From assembly GCA_050011875.1 (NCBI GenBank), contig JBEKIG010000007.1, positions 52,260 through 116,259 on the forward strand: a stretch of 64,000 nucleotides of DNA. The letters run 5' to 3'. Below the pieces are notes generated by a model. That model was not told where the DNA came from. It did no database searches and saw only the letters and a program-made list of their open reading frames with translations. Every line of letters starts with the position of its first letter. Position 1 is the first letter of the stretch. Below, in pieces: positions 63,299-64,000 of this stretch. The DNA comes from Nitrososphaeria archaeon (GTDB lineage Archaea; Thermoproteota; Nitrososphaeria; JACIWG01). A program made the position numbers and the translations under genes.

Positions 63299-63633
63299 CT
63301 ACGATAAAACTGTAGAAAAGAAAGGAGGCGACAAGAAACTGGTGTTATGTGTCAATGAGTCACTTGCACCCTTTATTGTGACGTTGTATATTCCAAGGTC
63401 GGCGGCAGACTGAACTTTATCGAAAGCGTTGACGAGGCATACCCTATTGATGGAACAGTGACTAAATATGAAATCAAACTTGCACTCCAACCAGCTGGTA
63501 CACTAGCTGAGAGTGAAACTGTTCCACTTAATTCGTTAAGCGAAGTTGCTTTAATTGTTGAACTTCCAGAAGATCCGACTATGATCGTCAAGTTGTACGA
63601 GGATGCCGATATTTTTGATTGAATGTTCAACAA
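63299..63633 (-). pseudogene. Frameshifted fragment of an Ig-like surface-protein repeat
   Basis: GTVSLSASVPAGWSAS...STLSI continues in another frame as GIYNVTIKGASDSLTH. Confidence 0.55.
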
Positions 63634-63732
63634 AAATCTATAATGGGTCTTTATTTTTTAAATAGTAAAAGGATAAATAATAAGCATGTGGCATTTTTAA
63701 AGGCTGTCGATGTCCAAAGGTTTAAAAAATAA

Positions 63733-64000
63733 ATGAACAAAATAAAGTCAACTATCGTACTAGTGCTTTTACTCGCTATGCCATTCGCACCATTCTTAGC
63801 TAATGCATCGTCTGGAACTGTAAACGTCTTAACAGGTCCCCCCCCACTAGGCACAATAGTCGTAGGACCAGTACATCTTGGAGCAGGAGCCAATATTACA
63901 CTTGACTTCCATTCAGTAATATTCTCCGGAGCCCAATTCTACCTTGTATGGAGCTCGAACGGCTTTTCACAGATATCATCTGGCGACTTCGTATTCACTC
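63733..64000 (+). CDS. Secreted surface (possibly S-layer-like) protein, runs off the window end
   Basis: MNKIKSTIVLVLLLAMPFAPFLANA signal peptide; frame open to 64000; not in the ORF track. Confidence 0.75.
   Translation, partial: MNKIKSTIVLVLLLAMPFAPFLANASSGTVNVLTGPPPLGTIVVGPVHLGAGANITLDFHSVIFSGAQFYLVWSSNGFSQISSGDFVFT

Noticed and set aside
1-64000. tRNA, rRNA, transposase or integrase genes
   Set aside because: None recognised by eye; a covariance-model and HMM scan would be needed to exclude split or intron-containing tRNAs and degraded elements

Overview
Archaeal chromosomal window, AT-rich and most like TACK-group lineages; the exact taxon cannot be read from sequence alone. About 1.8-33 kb is mostly housekeeping: malic enzyme, Trm112, phosphomannomutase, the HMG-CoA synthase/thiolase/DUF35 operon, a surface-glycosylation region, a MutS-like ATPase, a PAS histidine kinase and a two-subunit 2-oxoacid:ferredoxin oxidoreductase. 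About 33-64 kb is an accessory patchwork with a sugar/sugar-acid catabolic island (ABC importer, two FGGY kinases, two enolase-superfamily paralogues, dehydrogenases, PfkB kinase) and many gene remnants absent from the ORF track (for example rfbA, HpcH aldolase, PrsW and a type IIG-like R-M fragment). I found no tRNA, rRNA, CRISPR array or intact transposase/integrase by eye. Best leads: (1) an SDR + STAY-GREEN (Mg-dechelatase family) + TspO-like cluster, a possible tetrapyrrole/chlorophyll-processing module; (2) a GC-rich hairpin with an anti-Shine-Dalgarno loop upstream of queT, a riboswitch-like candidate; (3) two inverted ABC-permease copies with complementary deletions bracketing a 73-bp identical core; (4) iteron-like repeat arrays near both ends of the window. 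All family calls come from motif recognition, not database searches.
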